This document shows, piece by piece, positions 1 to 13,200 of a DNA stretch of 64,000 bases (positions within the stretch are counted from its first letter, which is position 1; every line of letters starts with the position of its first letter). The stretch spans positions 23,498,001 to 23,562,000 of the forward strand of contig NC_088853.1 in NCBI RefSeq assembly GCF_963853765.1, given 5' to 3'. A program made the position numbers and the translations under genes. This DNA is from Magallana gigas. Its lineage: Eukaryota. The notes below the pieces were generated by a model, which saw nothing but the letters and a program-made list of their open reading frames with translations, ran no database searches and was not told the DNA's origin.

Positions 1-1879
1 ATTTGGCCCCCCTAATTCGCAATTTTTTAAAGTGTTTCGGGTACAGTAAAATGTTATATTATTTTTTAGAAGAGTTGATTTAAAATATATTTTTTACCTA
101 TTCATTTGGTTTATTTGCACTCACTTGCAGTATATGACGTCAGAAGTAACGCTATTACTACAATTCAATCAAAATCGGTCAAAAATTGACATTTTTCTTA
201 TCCGTTTACGAATGGGGAATATAGAGCGCATGCTTGAACAAAGATATTTTTTTGTTACTTATTAGTCTTGGCTATATATATCTCTGATTAAAATATTTTG
301 TTTGTTCAAGCACGCGCTCTATGTTTTCTGAAAGAAAAACTGCTTGAAAACAAGCTGTTTATGCTAAAATTGCAAAAATGGCGGGAAAAGGTTGTCTTTA
401 CGATGTCATATTTCTTAAATGTGAGCACTAGAATCAAAATGAACATAATGTATAAACATTACATATATATCTGTACAAAGAAAAAAAGAATTGAAGTAAA
501 ACGATGATGTTCATTTTAGGGGGCCATCTAAGGCGCCCATATCATATATAGTCCAAAGTTTACGAACAAATTATGTTAAAAAGGTACGCAGGTAAATTCA
601 TTATTCTTCAAAACATTTAATCAATTCATAAGATGACTAATGATATAATAAATAACTAGATAAATAAATCAATAAACTTTTATTCATAAAAGGAGCAACC
701 GAAAATAAAAAATAAATTACCAACCTAAGCGCATACATGTATACGACTTTTTTAACTTGTTAGTTGATAAGTCAGCTCATCACCTCATCACAATAGATGT
801 TATGGGGTTTTTTTTGGGGGGGTCGTTTTTTTTTTTAATTACCCTTGTTTCATTGTTCGAAGAAATAATATGGTACACAAGTAAATCTTTATTGCAAAAA
901 TATGAAACAAATAGTAATATACGATTTTTAGGTAAGTGAATCGTATATCTTGATTTATATGGCATCGTTTTCAAAATTGTATATTTATAAATCACGTTGC
1001 AAACTTAAAAGTGGAAAATTAGCAAATACTGAGTGTAAATATATACATAAGGTTAGTTCAGGCTCCATTTCACATTTTCCAAAGTAACCAGCAAAGGTAC
1101 CGACATTGTTCTGGTTGTGAAGACATTTCCTTTTTTGAAACAAAATGTTTACATCATAGAACCTCGCGTTTCGTAAAAAATGTGCTAAAAATATGAATAT
1201 GCGTAACTTTAAAACAAAATTGAAAACACTAACTTTTCACATGCTTTTAATATATAATCAATTAAAATACCCCTTACCCATGATTTAGAACACCATCAAT
1301 CAAAATAAAACTAAAACATTTCAGTTCTCATCATTTCATTGCACCTTGTTTGATATTTAGAAGAAGAAATATATAATTGTTTTTAATTCGAGCGGTATTA
1401 ATTTAAAATTGATAGCCTTTTGGACGAAGGGAGTAATACATTTTCACTTTTTATTCCCTTCCTCTACAAAATAAAGTTAAGATTGTAAAGTTAGTTCCCT
1501 CGGAGAAGCTTATACAGAGATGGTAATACATTGGAAAATTAAAGTTCCAAACCAGCGTATTTTTACTCAAATGTGTTCTCACGTGTTCTTAACGTCGAAG
1601 TCGAAACTGTAGATAAGCATCGATTAGATGAAAAAGATTCGAGGTATTCCGAAATCCGCGTAAAAGGTGTTCCAAAAAGGTGTAAAAACAGGTGAAATAA
1701 ACGATGATGACACATGAATGTTATGGAGGCGCGTGCCTTAGTTCATATTTGGGGTTAAAACACCATGAAATACTATTTTATTCTATGTATTAATAAATGC
1801 CATAATTATCCTTTTCTATGAAAAATTAATATCATATCAATTATTGCAAATTATTACCACGAATGGTCCACCATATAAA

Positions 1880-2088
1880 TGGCCGGAATGTAAAAAAAGG
1901 GGGAAAATCCACTATATAGTAGGTTTTCCGTGGGGGTAATCTGGCTATAAAAAGGGGGAAAGCCCACTATATAGTCAGCTTTCCCTGGGGGTAAAACTGC
2001 TATATAGCCATTTTTCCGGGGGGAAGAACTGCTATATAGCCATTTTTCCGGGGGGAAAGATGGCTAGGGGGAAAATGCACTATATAAC
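1880..2088. repeat. Short tandem array (~30-bp units, GGGGG..CTATATAG..TTTTCC), probably the terminus of a DNA transposon
   Basis: Repeated units such as gggggtaaaactgctatatagccatttttccg end at ...tatataacaccgg, exactly where the Sola-like coding sequence starts. No partner end was found. Confidence 0.5.
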
Positions 2089-3840
2089 ACCGGTTCCTAG
2101 GAACCATCACAACAAAGAAAGAAAGCCGAAGCATGCCCTTTCATTTCGGGTGGTGAGTTTCATCATACGCTATAGTGAGGAATACGGGTTTCCCCTTCCA
2201 GCAGTGCCCCATGGAAATGCATCTGACGAAAATCCAGTCCTTCTGCCAGCATCCTCAACTAAAATTGATATCCATACCAGATATTAATCTGTTTGTGATG
2301 AGAGCAATGAAAGGTATTACATTTGAAATAAAAATATAAATTAAAATTTAGTTTTGCGTGAGCGGCGTTTATGTTCCGATATAAACACCAGAACAATATG
2401 AATTTAAATGTTTTACTATCAAAGGTCTGTAGAACTTTCAACAGTCCCACGGCCCAAACACTGTCATATCTCTGCTGCATCATGCATTTCAGCATTATGG
2501 TTTTGGCGAGATGGCCTGTCATATTCACTGCGATAACTGTGCAGGTTCAAATATTATAAAATACAATAAAAAAATTCTTGAAATGACAAAATCTTAAATC
2601 TACACAATCCCATTGGTCCTTTACATTAGCATTCAATATATTTTCAGGACATAAAAAAAAAATCGCTATGTAATGGCGTACTTTTGCTGGCGGGTAATGG
2701 TCGGGTTACATCGTGAAGTGACGGTTAGATTTCAAATTCCTGGTCACACCAATTGTCTAGTTGATGCTGGATTCGCTCATATTAAGAAGCTCTACATACG
2801 GTAATATCGGTATTGCGTTTGCTTAGGACCCGGCAACACTGTTCAAAAGCCGCGGAAATTTAAGATAAATTGCGCAAGAACTACGGAACGATCATATGCG
2901 TTATATATCACTTATATGTCTGCTAATTTCAGTGGAAAGTCGTCGATGAACGCGATATTTGGCAACATTTATCTTAAACGATCACTTATAGTCCACGCAT
3001 ATTTCAAGCATTGTGCGCATAAGAACCACATTATTTAAGCAAAATTAACGTAACATAGAGCGCATTGCATCGGAAACTCTTACACAAATCCGAGCACTCA
3101 AAACCTTGAATCGCGCATAACGTATATCGGCGGACAATTACAGATGTTCCACGTCAGAAAAAAAACTAGTGTAAATAAATCCTCAAATCGCGGATGTTCA
3201 CGTATCAAGTAAGAATCGAAATTTGTGCGCGTTTTGTGCGTTTACGCAATTTTTGGGCAGTGTGACCGGGCATTAAGATATCTCAGTTTAATCAGTGCAA
3301 ATTTAATTAAGAGAACATACAAAAATTCATTGACATGTATACAAAAATTCCAGGACAGACAATGATTCCCTTTCGGATTTGGTGAGAACGGTAGAAAAGT
3401 CATCGAAAGTTAACAAAGCCGTTATCGTTAATGAAACATTTCAGTGGCGGGACTGGAAGTCCTTCCTTGCCGATGAGTTTTGTCCAATTTATGGCATCAG
3501 AGGCTACCACCACTTCAGATTAAGTGCTCTTAATCCTGGGGTCGTGTTTGCAAAAGAGATTTCTGGGGATGATGAAAGGCCAATCACATTATGCCGCAGC
3601 CCCACCGCTGATTTTTCCAGCAGTACTCTTCCTTTAGTATTAGCCAAAGGTATAGCTAGAATAGTTTGTTTTTGATTCAGAAAAAAATGTAAACATAAGA
3701 CTTAATTTTTAAAAGATTTGTTTTTTTCCAGGCGGCCTCTCTTCTGAGAGACAACGATATTTATATAAAAGTCTGAGACCGTTTGTGCGAGAACATGCGA
3801 GGGATCTGACGTGCCCCGCTCCTACTGAGGAAAAAACTGA
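2089..3840 (+). pseudogene. Degenerate, intron-containing Sola-type DDD transposase (5'-truncated)
   Basis: Exons 2089-2313, ~2435-2544, 2648-2800, 3354-3649, 3732-3840, with GT donors at 2314, 2545, 2801, 3650 and AG acceptors at 2646, 3352, 3730. Motifs: HGPNTVISLLHHAF...HCDNCAG, RYVMAYFCWRVMVGLH, FQIPGHTNCLVDAGF, WRDWKSFL...GIRGYHHFR, GLSSERQRYLY...DLTCPAP*. A stop at ~2285 and a frameshift in the A-run at ~2655 inactivate it. Confidence 0.75.
2826..3272. mobile_element. PIF/Harbinger-type MITE inside an intron of the Sola-like gene
   Basis: Imperfect TIR cccggcaacactg (2829-2841) / cagtgtgaccggg (3258-3270), flanked by TTA at 2823-2825 and 3273-3275. Confidence 0.6.
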
Positions 3841-4368
3841 CTGCTACCACATCCATTCATATCTTTGTTGAACTGTCATTCGTTCATTCATTAACATTGA
3901 TCTTCACTAGAATTGTTATTCATTCAATTCATTCATCTATCGACGGATGTTATGTTCATTTTTGCTTAATTGATTTTATTGAAAATAAGCTTTTGGATCT
4001 TTTTGGATGAATTATGAAGTTATCATTCAAATTGTTGAATCTCCCTTCGATCATTTAAAGTAAAGCGACAATAAAATTTGAAACGAAATTCATAATCATT
4101 TGAGATGGCAATTGTTAACCGATTAGTCTGTTGAAACGATAGTTTACGGCATTAAAAATTGTTGAGTTGGATTAGTTTTTCCCTCGAATTTAATTTTGAA
4201 ATAGTTAAAATTAAAATATCGGCACGTATTAGCTGACACTTTATTTTTATTAATTTATTTTTACTTAAATTACGAATAAATTATATCATGAATTTCTTTC
4301 AGTTTAAAATAGAATTTGTTACAAATTCTAATGATCAAATTATAAAAGTGTTTGAAAAATATTAATGA

Positions 4369-4739
4369 TTATCGTGTACTTTATTTGGAGTGTTTAAAGA
4401 ATTATACGATTTACCAGTAAGATATACAAAACGGGACTTTAAGTTTACCGAATACTAAGTTATCCCTGATAATTATTGATACCTTCCATATAATATTAAG
4501 ATTTTACGACACGAAATCAAGTAAATGTTTGACAAATATTACTAAACGGACACATTATCGTGTACTTTAATATGGAGTGTTTAAAGAATTATACGATTTA
4601 CCAGTAAGATATACAAAACGGGACTTTAAGTTTACCGAATACTAAGTTATCCCTGATAATTATTGATACCTTCCCTATAATATTAAGATTTTACGACACG
4701 AAATCAAGTAAATGTTTGACAAATATTACTAAACGGACA
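4369..4739. repeat. Direct tandem duplication, 2 x ~186 bp
   Basis: ttatcgtgtacttta...actaaacggaca starts at 4369 and again at 4555, nearly identical. Confidence 0.9.
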
Positions 4740-4943
4740 AGCGTTATCACTCCGCAAATGTTTAACGTCATTTGCATAACGTCAACATGTCCTCGTCGAC
4801 TTTACAGATATTTTAAACATTGCATCACAAAAATACCCGTAAAATCGTTAAATTATGTGCTATAAGCAAAAGTTTGGTATTTTTATAAATAAAAAATGAC
4901 AACAAATTGATTTTACGAAAAAACAAAAAATGTGAAAATTTGA

Positions 4944-4976
4944 CCTTAAGGGCCCTTTCCTCATGACGCAAGGCAT
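4944..4976. mobile_element. Possible 3' terminal inverted repeat of the Sola-like element
   Basis: The reverse complement atgccttgcgtcatgaggaaagggcccttaagg resembles bivalve Sola-like termini as I recall them. No left partner was found in the window. Confidence 0.3.
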
Positions 4977-5020
4977 TTTATATCGTATAAAATTAATAAA
5001 TATTGAATTCATTCCCTAAG

Positions 5021-5944
5021 GTATCCCACTCCTCAATGTTGTTGTATCAAAATTTTCTTGAGAAGTATATCATTGAAATCTGTATACAAAACAAACTTAA
5101 AAAATACAAAGATAATGGAGGATCAGTATCCATCCCTCTGAGTTATGGCCCATTTAATTTGACCTTTTTGCACCTAAAATGCAATTTCATCCTGATTAGG
5201 ATTTGTTGTCAGTATTTTTGATTAAGCAAACTTATTTCTTCAAATATTGTTTTTAATTATGCACAATGGTCACAATGAATAGAGGGATTACGAAAAAAAT
5301 TTGTACAAAGCTGCATAAATTTTTGTGTGACCTTTTTGCACTTAAAATAGACAATTTCTATAATAGTTACAATTTGATTTGAAATAAAAACTTTTTGAAT
5401 ATCAAGAATTTTATAAGATTAATCCAGTTTGCCTAAATATGTATTCAGTATCATTTTGACATAATATAACATGGGGGTAAGTGATGTCAAATTTTAGATA
5501 TAGGGCTTCAAAGGTAAAATTCTCGCAAAATTTGGCTTTAAAAAATTCAGACATGTTCTATATATATGCATGATTTTATGCTAAACGGCTATCATATTCT
5601 CAAGATTTGATTTTGTACATGTCACACAGAACCTATAAAATATGTTACAAACCTATCAAATGTTAAAAATGTGAATAATGAATAGAGTATAATAAAAAGA
5701 AAAGTATATTGAAAATTCATAAAATTGCTTGTTTCTGTCATTTTCGTCTAAAAAGCCTTCCGCACGAAAAAATAGTTCCCCATAAAACTTGTTTGTTTCT
5801 TGAATTCAAATGGATTTTCTTTATGAATGTTGTGAAATTATGAAATAATAATCTATCTGTGATGATTAAATAAATAAAATCATATTAATTTTAAATATAA
5901 TGATCATATGCGCAATGAAATCAAAACATGAGGAGTGAGATACC
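5021..5944. mobile_element. Non-autonomous Kolobok-type DNA transposon
   Basis: TIR ggtatcccactcctca / tgaggagtgagatacc (1 mismatch), flanked by (C)TAA at 5017-5020 and TTAA at 5945-5948. Confidence 0.75.
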
Positions 5945-6277
5945 TTAAATAAAAACTACAGGCATAAAATATCACTAGAAACTCTTCTAACTAAATATAT
6001 CTTCGATTTCTCTCTATTACCTATAATTATCATTGATGACGTCACAAGCATGTTTTTTTTAAAAAGAAGATCATGTCGGGGGAAAATCATCGGAATGCAG
6101 TGTAAACAATGCCGAAATAAGACTTATTTAATACAGATACCTAAGATTTAGATGAGTGTCAGTTATGATATAATCAGGATAATACAGGCTTGGATATTTT
6201 GTTTAATCAGCGAGTTTTATAAGGTAAGCAGATCGACATTTATATGGTTTGACCAGCCTTTCCTCTGTCAATGTGTA

Positions 6278-7090
6278 CCAAAAAAAAGGCAAAAGTGTAA
6301 CACTACCCTGGATATTATGAAAGATGACTTTGGTAAATATCAACGGTATATGACCTAAACTACTTGAAAAGTGCTGCTAGAATCCTGTGCTTCGTTGTTT
6401 TAAATGAAAAATACGTAGTATTTTCAATGAAATTAAAGAAGTTGAGAGGGTTTCCGATAAATATTTACAATATTTATTTAATGCGATTAACAAAAGGATT
6501 CTATAGTCTGTCCCAAGTTATTGCTTCCATCAATTTTTGATGATTTTTAATAAAAACACACATACATGTACCTATGCAAGACATACAATTGAAATCGATG
6601 AAAGGGAATATATCCAAGATATCTTCATTGAACCATTATCCCTTTTCACTCAAAAAATTCACAGGAACGAAAACAATTTTCTTACGGAGATTTATAATGG
6701 GAAATGTTTACATCTTTTCGCCATTCGGAATACACTCGGAATACATCGCGCAATTTTTAAACGTTATCATCCGGGCTTATTAATTGCTGATGTAATGCAA
6801 TATCTCCGTAGACTTACAGTTTTGGGATGTGTATTGAAACCTAAAGCGGTAGAGGGGGCGTTTCAAAACAGATAATCTGGACATTGTTCATATTAGTTGA
6901 TGAACGTAGTTTGAGCACAAAAATAGTTACTATTATTGAAATATCAAGCAAAAAGTGGTGGAAGCAAAAACTAGGGACAGAGTATAGCAGTAATACTAAT
7001 AAACATTAACTAATTGCTGATCGAATTATTGTAGCAAACATACAGATGAACTTCGGGGTAGTGTTACACTTTTTGTTTTTTTTTGTTAAG
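6278..7090. mobile_element. Non-autonomous TIR element (~0.8 kb), superfamily uncertain
   Basis: aaaagtgtaacactaccc (6291-6308) pairs with ggggtagtgttacactttt (7055-7073). The inverted match extends outward into A/T runs. Confidence 0.6.
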
Positions 7091-7362
7091 TTAAAAAAGT
7101 GATCTATTTTTAACTGTCTAGTGATACCATGGTACGGCAGCTTCAAAGATCGAGTCGATTCCGAAGTAGAAAAATAAAATTATGGTGAACACATTCACTT
7201 GGTATTAATATTCCGAAATTAAAAACTGTTTATTTTTATGAAAACAGTTGTTTTCATAAAAATAAACAGTTTTTAAATTGATCATAATTTTGACGGTCAT
7301 TAAACTCGGAGTTGCCTTAACCTACCCGAAAGCAAAACGTCGAACACCATCTACATTGAATA

Positions 7363-7418
<56 letters not shown>
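7363..7418. repeat. (CT)n microsatellite
   Basis: Direct dinucleotide run. Confidence 0.95.
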
Positions 7419-7422
<4 letters not shown>

Positions 7423-7478
7423 ATATGAGTCATTTTTTTTTAGAATAATTGAACATTTAGTAATCAATTTGATACATA

Positions 7479-8411
7479 TGTAGCAGGAATGGGTTAAATT
7501 CACGTTATATATTCCCTATTTGCCCCTACTTTTGTTTATAATAATATTTGGAAGTTTCTAGATTATATACTTACTTCCGTGGTTACTATAAATAGGTTTG
7601 TTTTGACATATTGATCGATAATAATCCTTCACACGTGTTCGATCATCATAGGAAATGTCCAGTTTTGTTTATACTTTTCTATTGGTTAACATACCGGAAG
7701 TAACCTTTTTCGGGTGGTGCTAATTACAGTCAAAGGTCATACCCCTACAGTCTATTCACTAGATTTAACGTTATATTTTTCTATTGTCGTGGTTTGCTAT
7801 ATAAAGCCCCGAAATTCGTAGTTTCTTGGGGACTTGTTAAGCATTGATTTGCTGTAAGTTTCTCACTTCTCTAACATGGTTTATTAGATATTTAACAGGT
7901 TGCACCCGTTAGGAGAGTAATTTGATCATTTTGTCGTCGTCATTTGCTCCTGTTGAATTATTTTCGGCCCTTAAACTAAAAGATAAGTGTTAGGTTCTTA
8001 TTAAAAGGGATTTTTGTATTAAACCTAGGCCTTTCCCCCGGTTAGGTGGGCTAGCGTTCCCGTACGCTAGGATGGGGGTGATTTTTGTTGATTATTTTGA
8101 TGGTGGTGTTCATAGGGATTTTTGATAGGAATTTTTGATAGTAACATTTTTGGTCTATACTCGGCAGGAATTTACAATTTTTATCATTATTTTGTTTTTG
8201 TTATTTTCTATAAATATTGTTGTTTGTTGAAGCTGGTGTTTTTCATTACAGTGTGTTGAACGGTGTCAAAAGGTGAAATATCTATTATTTAACTTAAAAT
8301 TAAGACCAAGCAGAATCTCAAATCATAAAGAACCTGGAAAATAAATTATAATACATAGGAAACGGTATACATATTTCAGAGAGTTATTCTGACCAAACCC
8401 GTCCTATTACA
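7479..8411 (+). repeat. 5' LTR (933 bp, TG...CA)
   Basis: Starts TGTAGC and ends ...CTATTACA just before the PBS. TATA-like ctatataaag at ~7797. Matches 15114-15738. Confidence 0.9.
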
Positions 8412-8416
8412 AAAAA

Positions 8417-8434
8417 TGGTGCCGTCTACCAAGG
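8417..8434 (+). promoter_or_regulatory. Primer-binding site, tRNA-His-like
   Basis: TGGTGCCGT... lies 5 nt after the LTR. It is complementary to the 3' end (...ACGGCACCA) of eukaryotic tRNA-His for the first 9 nt, with a partial match beyond. Confidence 0.7.
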
Positions 8435-8566
8435 ATTTGAGCCCGCTGTATTTGGCTTTTTGAGTGATTTTTTGGGGTTGTTGGTAAAACCACTTGTGTA
8501 TTTCACGCCCACGTATTTTTCAGTCAGCTGTTTTGTTATAACCTGGTTCAATAAACATAATCAAAA

Positions 8567-10204
8567 TTGATTGATTTAGATGAAGTTTATAAGAAAAGTC
8601 CACGTACTAAATTATCTGACCGAATTCTAAAAACTGCTGAGTCATACATTGCCCGTGCGCCACGCGTCACAGAACCTGATGTTTACAGAGCACCTGTTCG
8701 AACAATGCATGACACAATAGAAGAGACAGTGTTTTTCAATGACCGATATTATCCGGACACGAGTGGCTTTGTCGATGAAACTACTTTGTCGCAATATGAT
8801 TTAGAGTTAACAGAACCTAAAGAATATTCTGGGACAATAAAAACATAGAGTGGGTTACGCGTACCTGATTCAGAATTTCTAAGGGAAGATATTAGAAAAG
8901 AACTTAGACAATAATTTTTAGAATTTTCAGGTATTTCAGAAAATCACGACACTTCGAGTTATGATCCAAAATTTCAGAGTATGAAATTGGAAACTGAAAA
9001 TAAACATGTTAAAGACATTCGGAAATCAAATCGTGAGTTTGTTACAAGTACTCCAATTAGTTCTGGAGATAAATCTTCATTTTCAAATCAAAATAAAATG
9101 CCTAAAACACCAGCACGCGTACACTTTGACTCGACGTCCACAGATTCCCGTCAATCCCGACGCGACATTCACTCGCGTGAGAGTTCAAGAGATACTTTGG
9201 ACAGAACGTTTTCACAACCTGGTACTCAAAGACACTCTGTTTCAACTCTCAACACTAAGCCGTCCTTGCATGCTTCTCAATTAAACAAGAGTTCCCAGAT
9301 AAATGAGAATTATGAGACCCCGGGCCGAATGTCAAATAATCAGGCAAGGGTACAGGAGTTACCTCCTCGTGAACATTTTGTAAACTCTCATAGACTTTCA
9401 AGAAAAGAAAAAGAACATCAAATTTATGATGGTACAACAGACTTGGAAATTTATTTACTGCATTTTGAATGGGTTGCTAGGTACAACAACTGGACAAGTG
9501 CTGAAAAAGCACAACAGTTGGCCATTAGTTTAAAAGGGGAGGCTCAACAAGTTTTCAGAGATTTGGACCCTTGGGAGATTAGAGAATTTAATGACATTAA
9601 ACAGGTTCTCTTACAGAGATTTAACCCTCCTGGTCGTGAAGCAGCATATCGATGTCAATTTAAAAATCGCAAGCGCATTGAAACTGAGAGCATTTCAGAG
9701 TTTGGTTATGCACTAACACATCTTTCAGCAAAAACGTACCCACAATTAGATAGAGTTGCTAGGGAGACTTATGTCATTGATAAGTTCATTTGTGGTCTTA
9801 ACCATACTGAAATGAAAAAGCATGTTCAATTTAGACACCCCAGATCTGTAGATGAAGCTATTACATTGGCTATTGAATATGAAGCATTTGAGGAGCCCAA
9901 AACAATTCTCAGAAAACCTTTGAGTGAAGAGAAAAGTGTGCATGTTATTTCTGAAACTCCGCAAACTTCTGAAAATTCTGGGAAAGATTTGGCTTCCATA
10001 ATTTCTGAAGAAATGGCTAAACTGATGAGTACGCTCACATCTGAAATAAGATCAATTAAGTCAGAAAGAAGGTTTAAGTGTATATATTGTCAAAGGAGAG
10101 ATCACCCTCATTGGAAATGCCCTAATAAACCAAACTTTAAGAGGGATCAAAATAATGTTCCAACCACTTCATCAATTCAAATTCGGGAAAATAGGTGGGG
10201 TTGA
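8567..10204 (+). pseudogene. gag: Gypsy gag with a CCHC zinc knuckle
   Basis: ORFs 8567-8848 and 8981-10204 are in the same frame, separated by two stops. Capsid-like YDGTTDLEIYLLHFE...LLQRFNP...DKFICGL; knuckle CIYCQRRDHPHWKC (CX2CX4HX4C). Confidence 0.9.
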
Positions 10205-10228
10205 ATTCGAGGCCGACAATTCAGCCCT
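10185..10228 (+). promoter_or_regulatory. Putative -1 ribosomal frameshift signal (G GGA AAA, TAG, stem-loop)
   Basis: Heptamer gggaaaa (10185-10191), TAG (10192-10194), then the hairpin gggttgaatt (10198-10207) / aattcagccc (10218-10227) with one G-U pair. Confidence 0.65.
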
Positions 10229-13200
10229 CAAAACTGGTGAAGAAAACAAACTAACCAATAGACCAATAATTTCATTGAATACAATAAAACCAAGTTGCTT
10301 GTTTGTTGAGGCAAAGATGGATGGTGTTCTAATGAGTTTTCTGGTTGACACAGGTTCTGCAGTTACTATTCTTGATGAGGATATATTTGACATGTTATAT
10401 GGACTGAAAAGCGCAAATAAAACGCTGTTGTGTGCGAAAGGTGAATCAATTCCAATACTGGAAATGTCAAATTTTTCATTTTGTTTATGTGACTCAGATA
10501 CTATCTTTGAGCAAGAGATGATTGTTGGAAAGTTAGAGGGAAATATTAGTATTTTGGGAGTAGACTTCTTGAAGAGTTATTCAGGAGTTATTAATTTCCG
10601 TAATGAAAGTTTGCAGGTTGGCAAACAGATATTTCCTCTTTCACAAACCCCACTAAACTTGCATAGACTTCCAGAATCCGACTCTGTGATACTAATAAAA
10701 TACCCCCTGACACAGAATTCTATTGTAAAGGGCACATTCAAGGGAAACGTGGTACAGATTATGGTTTAGTAGAACCCAAACAAATTGTCAATGTAAATGG
10801 TCTTTTGATGGCTAAAACTTTGGTCAATCCTAAAAAGGATGATATTTCTATTTCACTCCTTAATCTTACAAACAGGTCAGTTAGATTAAATAGAAATACT
10901 TGCATTGTTTATCTAGAGACAGTGGAGAGTGTGCATTATATCGAGCCTCCATTTCAAACTCATTCTAAAATTTCAAAACTCCCAGATCATTTGTCTACAT
11001 TGTTAAATGAAGTTTCAGATGAATTGAATGGAAAAGAAAAAGATCAAGTTAAAAACTTATTGACAGAATTTGAGGATATTTTTATGAAACCAGATGGAAA
11101 ATTGGGTCACACAGATTAGGTTGAACATAACATTGATACTGGGAATGGAAATCCAATTAAAATACCTCCACGTAGACTATCTCCGAAGCAAAAAGAAATT
11201 GTTGACACTGAACATCAGAAAATGCTTGAACAAAATATCATAGAGCCTAGTAATAGTTCCTGGTCTGCTCCTGTTGTTTTTGGTTACAAAGTCTGATGGG
11301 TCTACCAAATTTTGCATAGATTTTTGCAAACTTAATTCAATAACAAAGAAGGATGCATATCCCTTGAACAGAATTGATGATGCACTTGAAGCATTATCAG
11401 GTGCACAATGAATTTCCACTTTAGCTAGTGGGTATTGGCAATGTCCATTGAAAGAGACTGACAAAAGTAAAACCGCATTTACCACTCACAGGGGATTATA
11501 CCATTTCAATGTTATGCCCTTTGGGTTATACAATACCCCTGCAACATTTTCACGCCTTATGAATTTAGTGTTGGGTAGACTCATTTGGACGAGATGCTTA
11601 TGTTATTTAGATGACGTCATTGAATTTGGCAGTACATTTGAAACTGCATTGAGAAATCTCAAAGATGTTTTTGAATGTTTACGGAAAGCTCATCTGAAAC
11701 TCAAACCTAAAAAGTGTACATTGTTTCAAACTGAAGTTGCATATTTAGGCCACCGGGTTTCTAAAGCTGGCATCAGCTGTGACCCTTAGACAATTTCTGC
11801 TGTTCAAAATTGGCCAATTCCAACCAATGTTACGGAAGTTCGATCATTTTTAGGTACTGCGGGTTATTACCGAAAATTCATTCCAAATTTCTCAACCATA
11901 GCATCTCCCTTAAGTCAACTCACGAGGAAAAAAATAAAAGGTTCAAGTGGGATGAAAACTGTCAGTAAGCTTTTGATGAGCTGAAGTTATTGTTAGTTTC
12001 TGCACCAATATTGGCATACCCTATTGCTGATGGAAAGTTCGTACTTGACACAGATGCAAGTGATACTGGGTTAGGTGGTGTTTTGTCCCAAATTCAAAAT
12101 GGGGAAGAAAAGGTTATAGCCTATGCAAGTGTTTCTTTACTAAACTCTCAGAGAAAATACTGTAGAACCCATAAAGAACTTTTAGCAATTGTTACATTTT
12201 TGAAACATTTCAGATATTATTTGTTTGGTCAGAAATTTTTACTGAGAACAGACCATGCTTCTCTCAAATGGCTTAAGAACTTTAAAAATCCCGAGGGGAT
12301 GATTGCTCGTTGGATAAGCATTGTAGATATGTATGACTTTGAAATAGAACATCGAACATCGAACAACTTTACACTTAAATACAGATGGTTGATCCCGAAT
12401 TCCAGTTAAACGCAAATGTACCAGAGAAAAATGCCCCGATTGTGATTCTCCGGAACACTTCGCAATTAATCATGGTTTGAACTTAGAGGTTTTGGCTGAA
12501 GAAGGAAAATTTCCCCACGAAGAATCTAAGCATTCTAAGCAGGGAATCTATCCTGTGCAAGCCATTTAAAATACTTCTGATGTTTCAAATTGGGTAGAAT
12601 CCCGGGGTCCTGATCAAATAAAAGAATGGCAAAATGAAGATGGCAATGTTGGCAAATTTAAAACACTCAAATCAACAACTGATCATAAAACAAACAGACA
12701 AACAATGGGGTCATTCTCCTATGAAGTTAGAATTTTATGTCAAACGTGGGAAGAATTAGAAATCAAACATGATGGGATACTTTACAGAACAAGTGAAAAA
12801 GATCCACAGGGAAACATCTTAAATCAAATTGTAGTGCCTCAAATTATTAGAGAAAAGATTTTAGAATCCCTCCATAATTCCAGAATATCAGGTCATTTAG
12901 GCAGAGACAAAACATATGAATCTATTAAGAGAAAATTCTATTGGCCTGGAATGTCCCACGATGCAAAACTTTGGTGTCAATCATGTGATCTTTGTGCACG
13001 TCGAAAACCAGGTCCAGGTTTTGGGAAATTTCCACTTCAATCTTCTCTTCTACAATCTACAAAACCTTTAGATAGAATTGCAATAGATATTTTGGGTGGT
13101 TTACCTAAAACTAATAATGGAAATGAATATATAATTATTGTTGGGGATTATTTTTCAAAGTGGAAAGAAGCTTATGCTGTTTTAGATCATACTGCACTTA

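Noticed and set aside
1-553. Partial inverted repeat (tttggcccccctaa / ttagggggccat), likely a DNA-transposon end
   Set aside because: Cut by the window edge; boundaries and family cannot be established.
7474-7478. Target-site duplication of the Gypsy element
   Set aside because: The 3' LTR end is missing, so no right-hand copy can be compared.
9006-10393. Short alternative-frame and antisense ORFs within gag/pol
   Set aside because: Shadow ORFs of retrotransposon coding sequence with no motifs.
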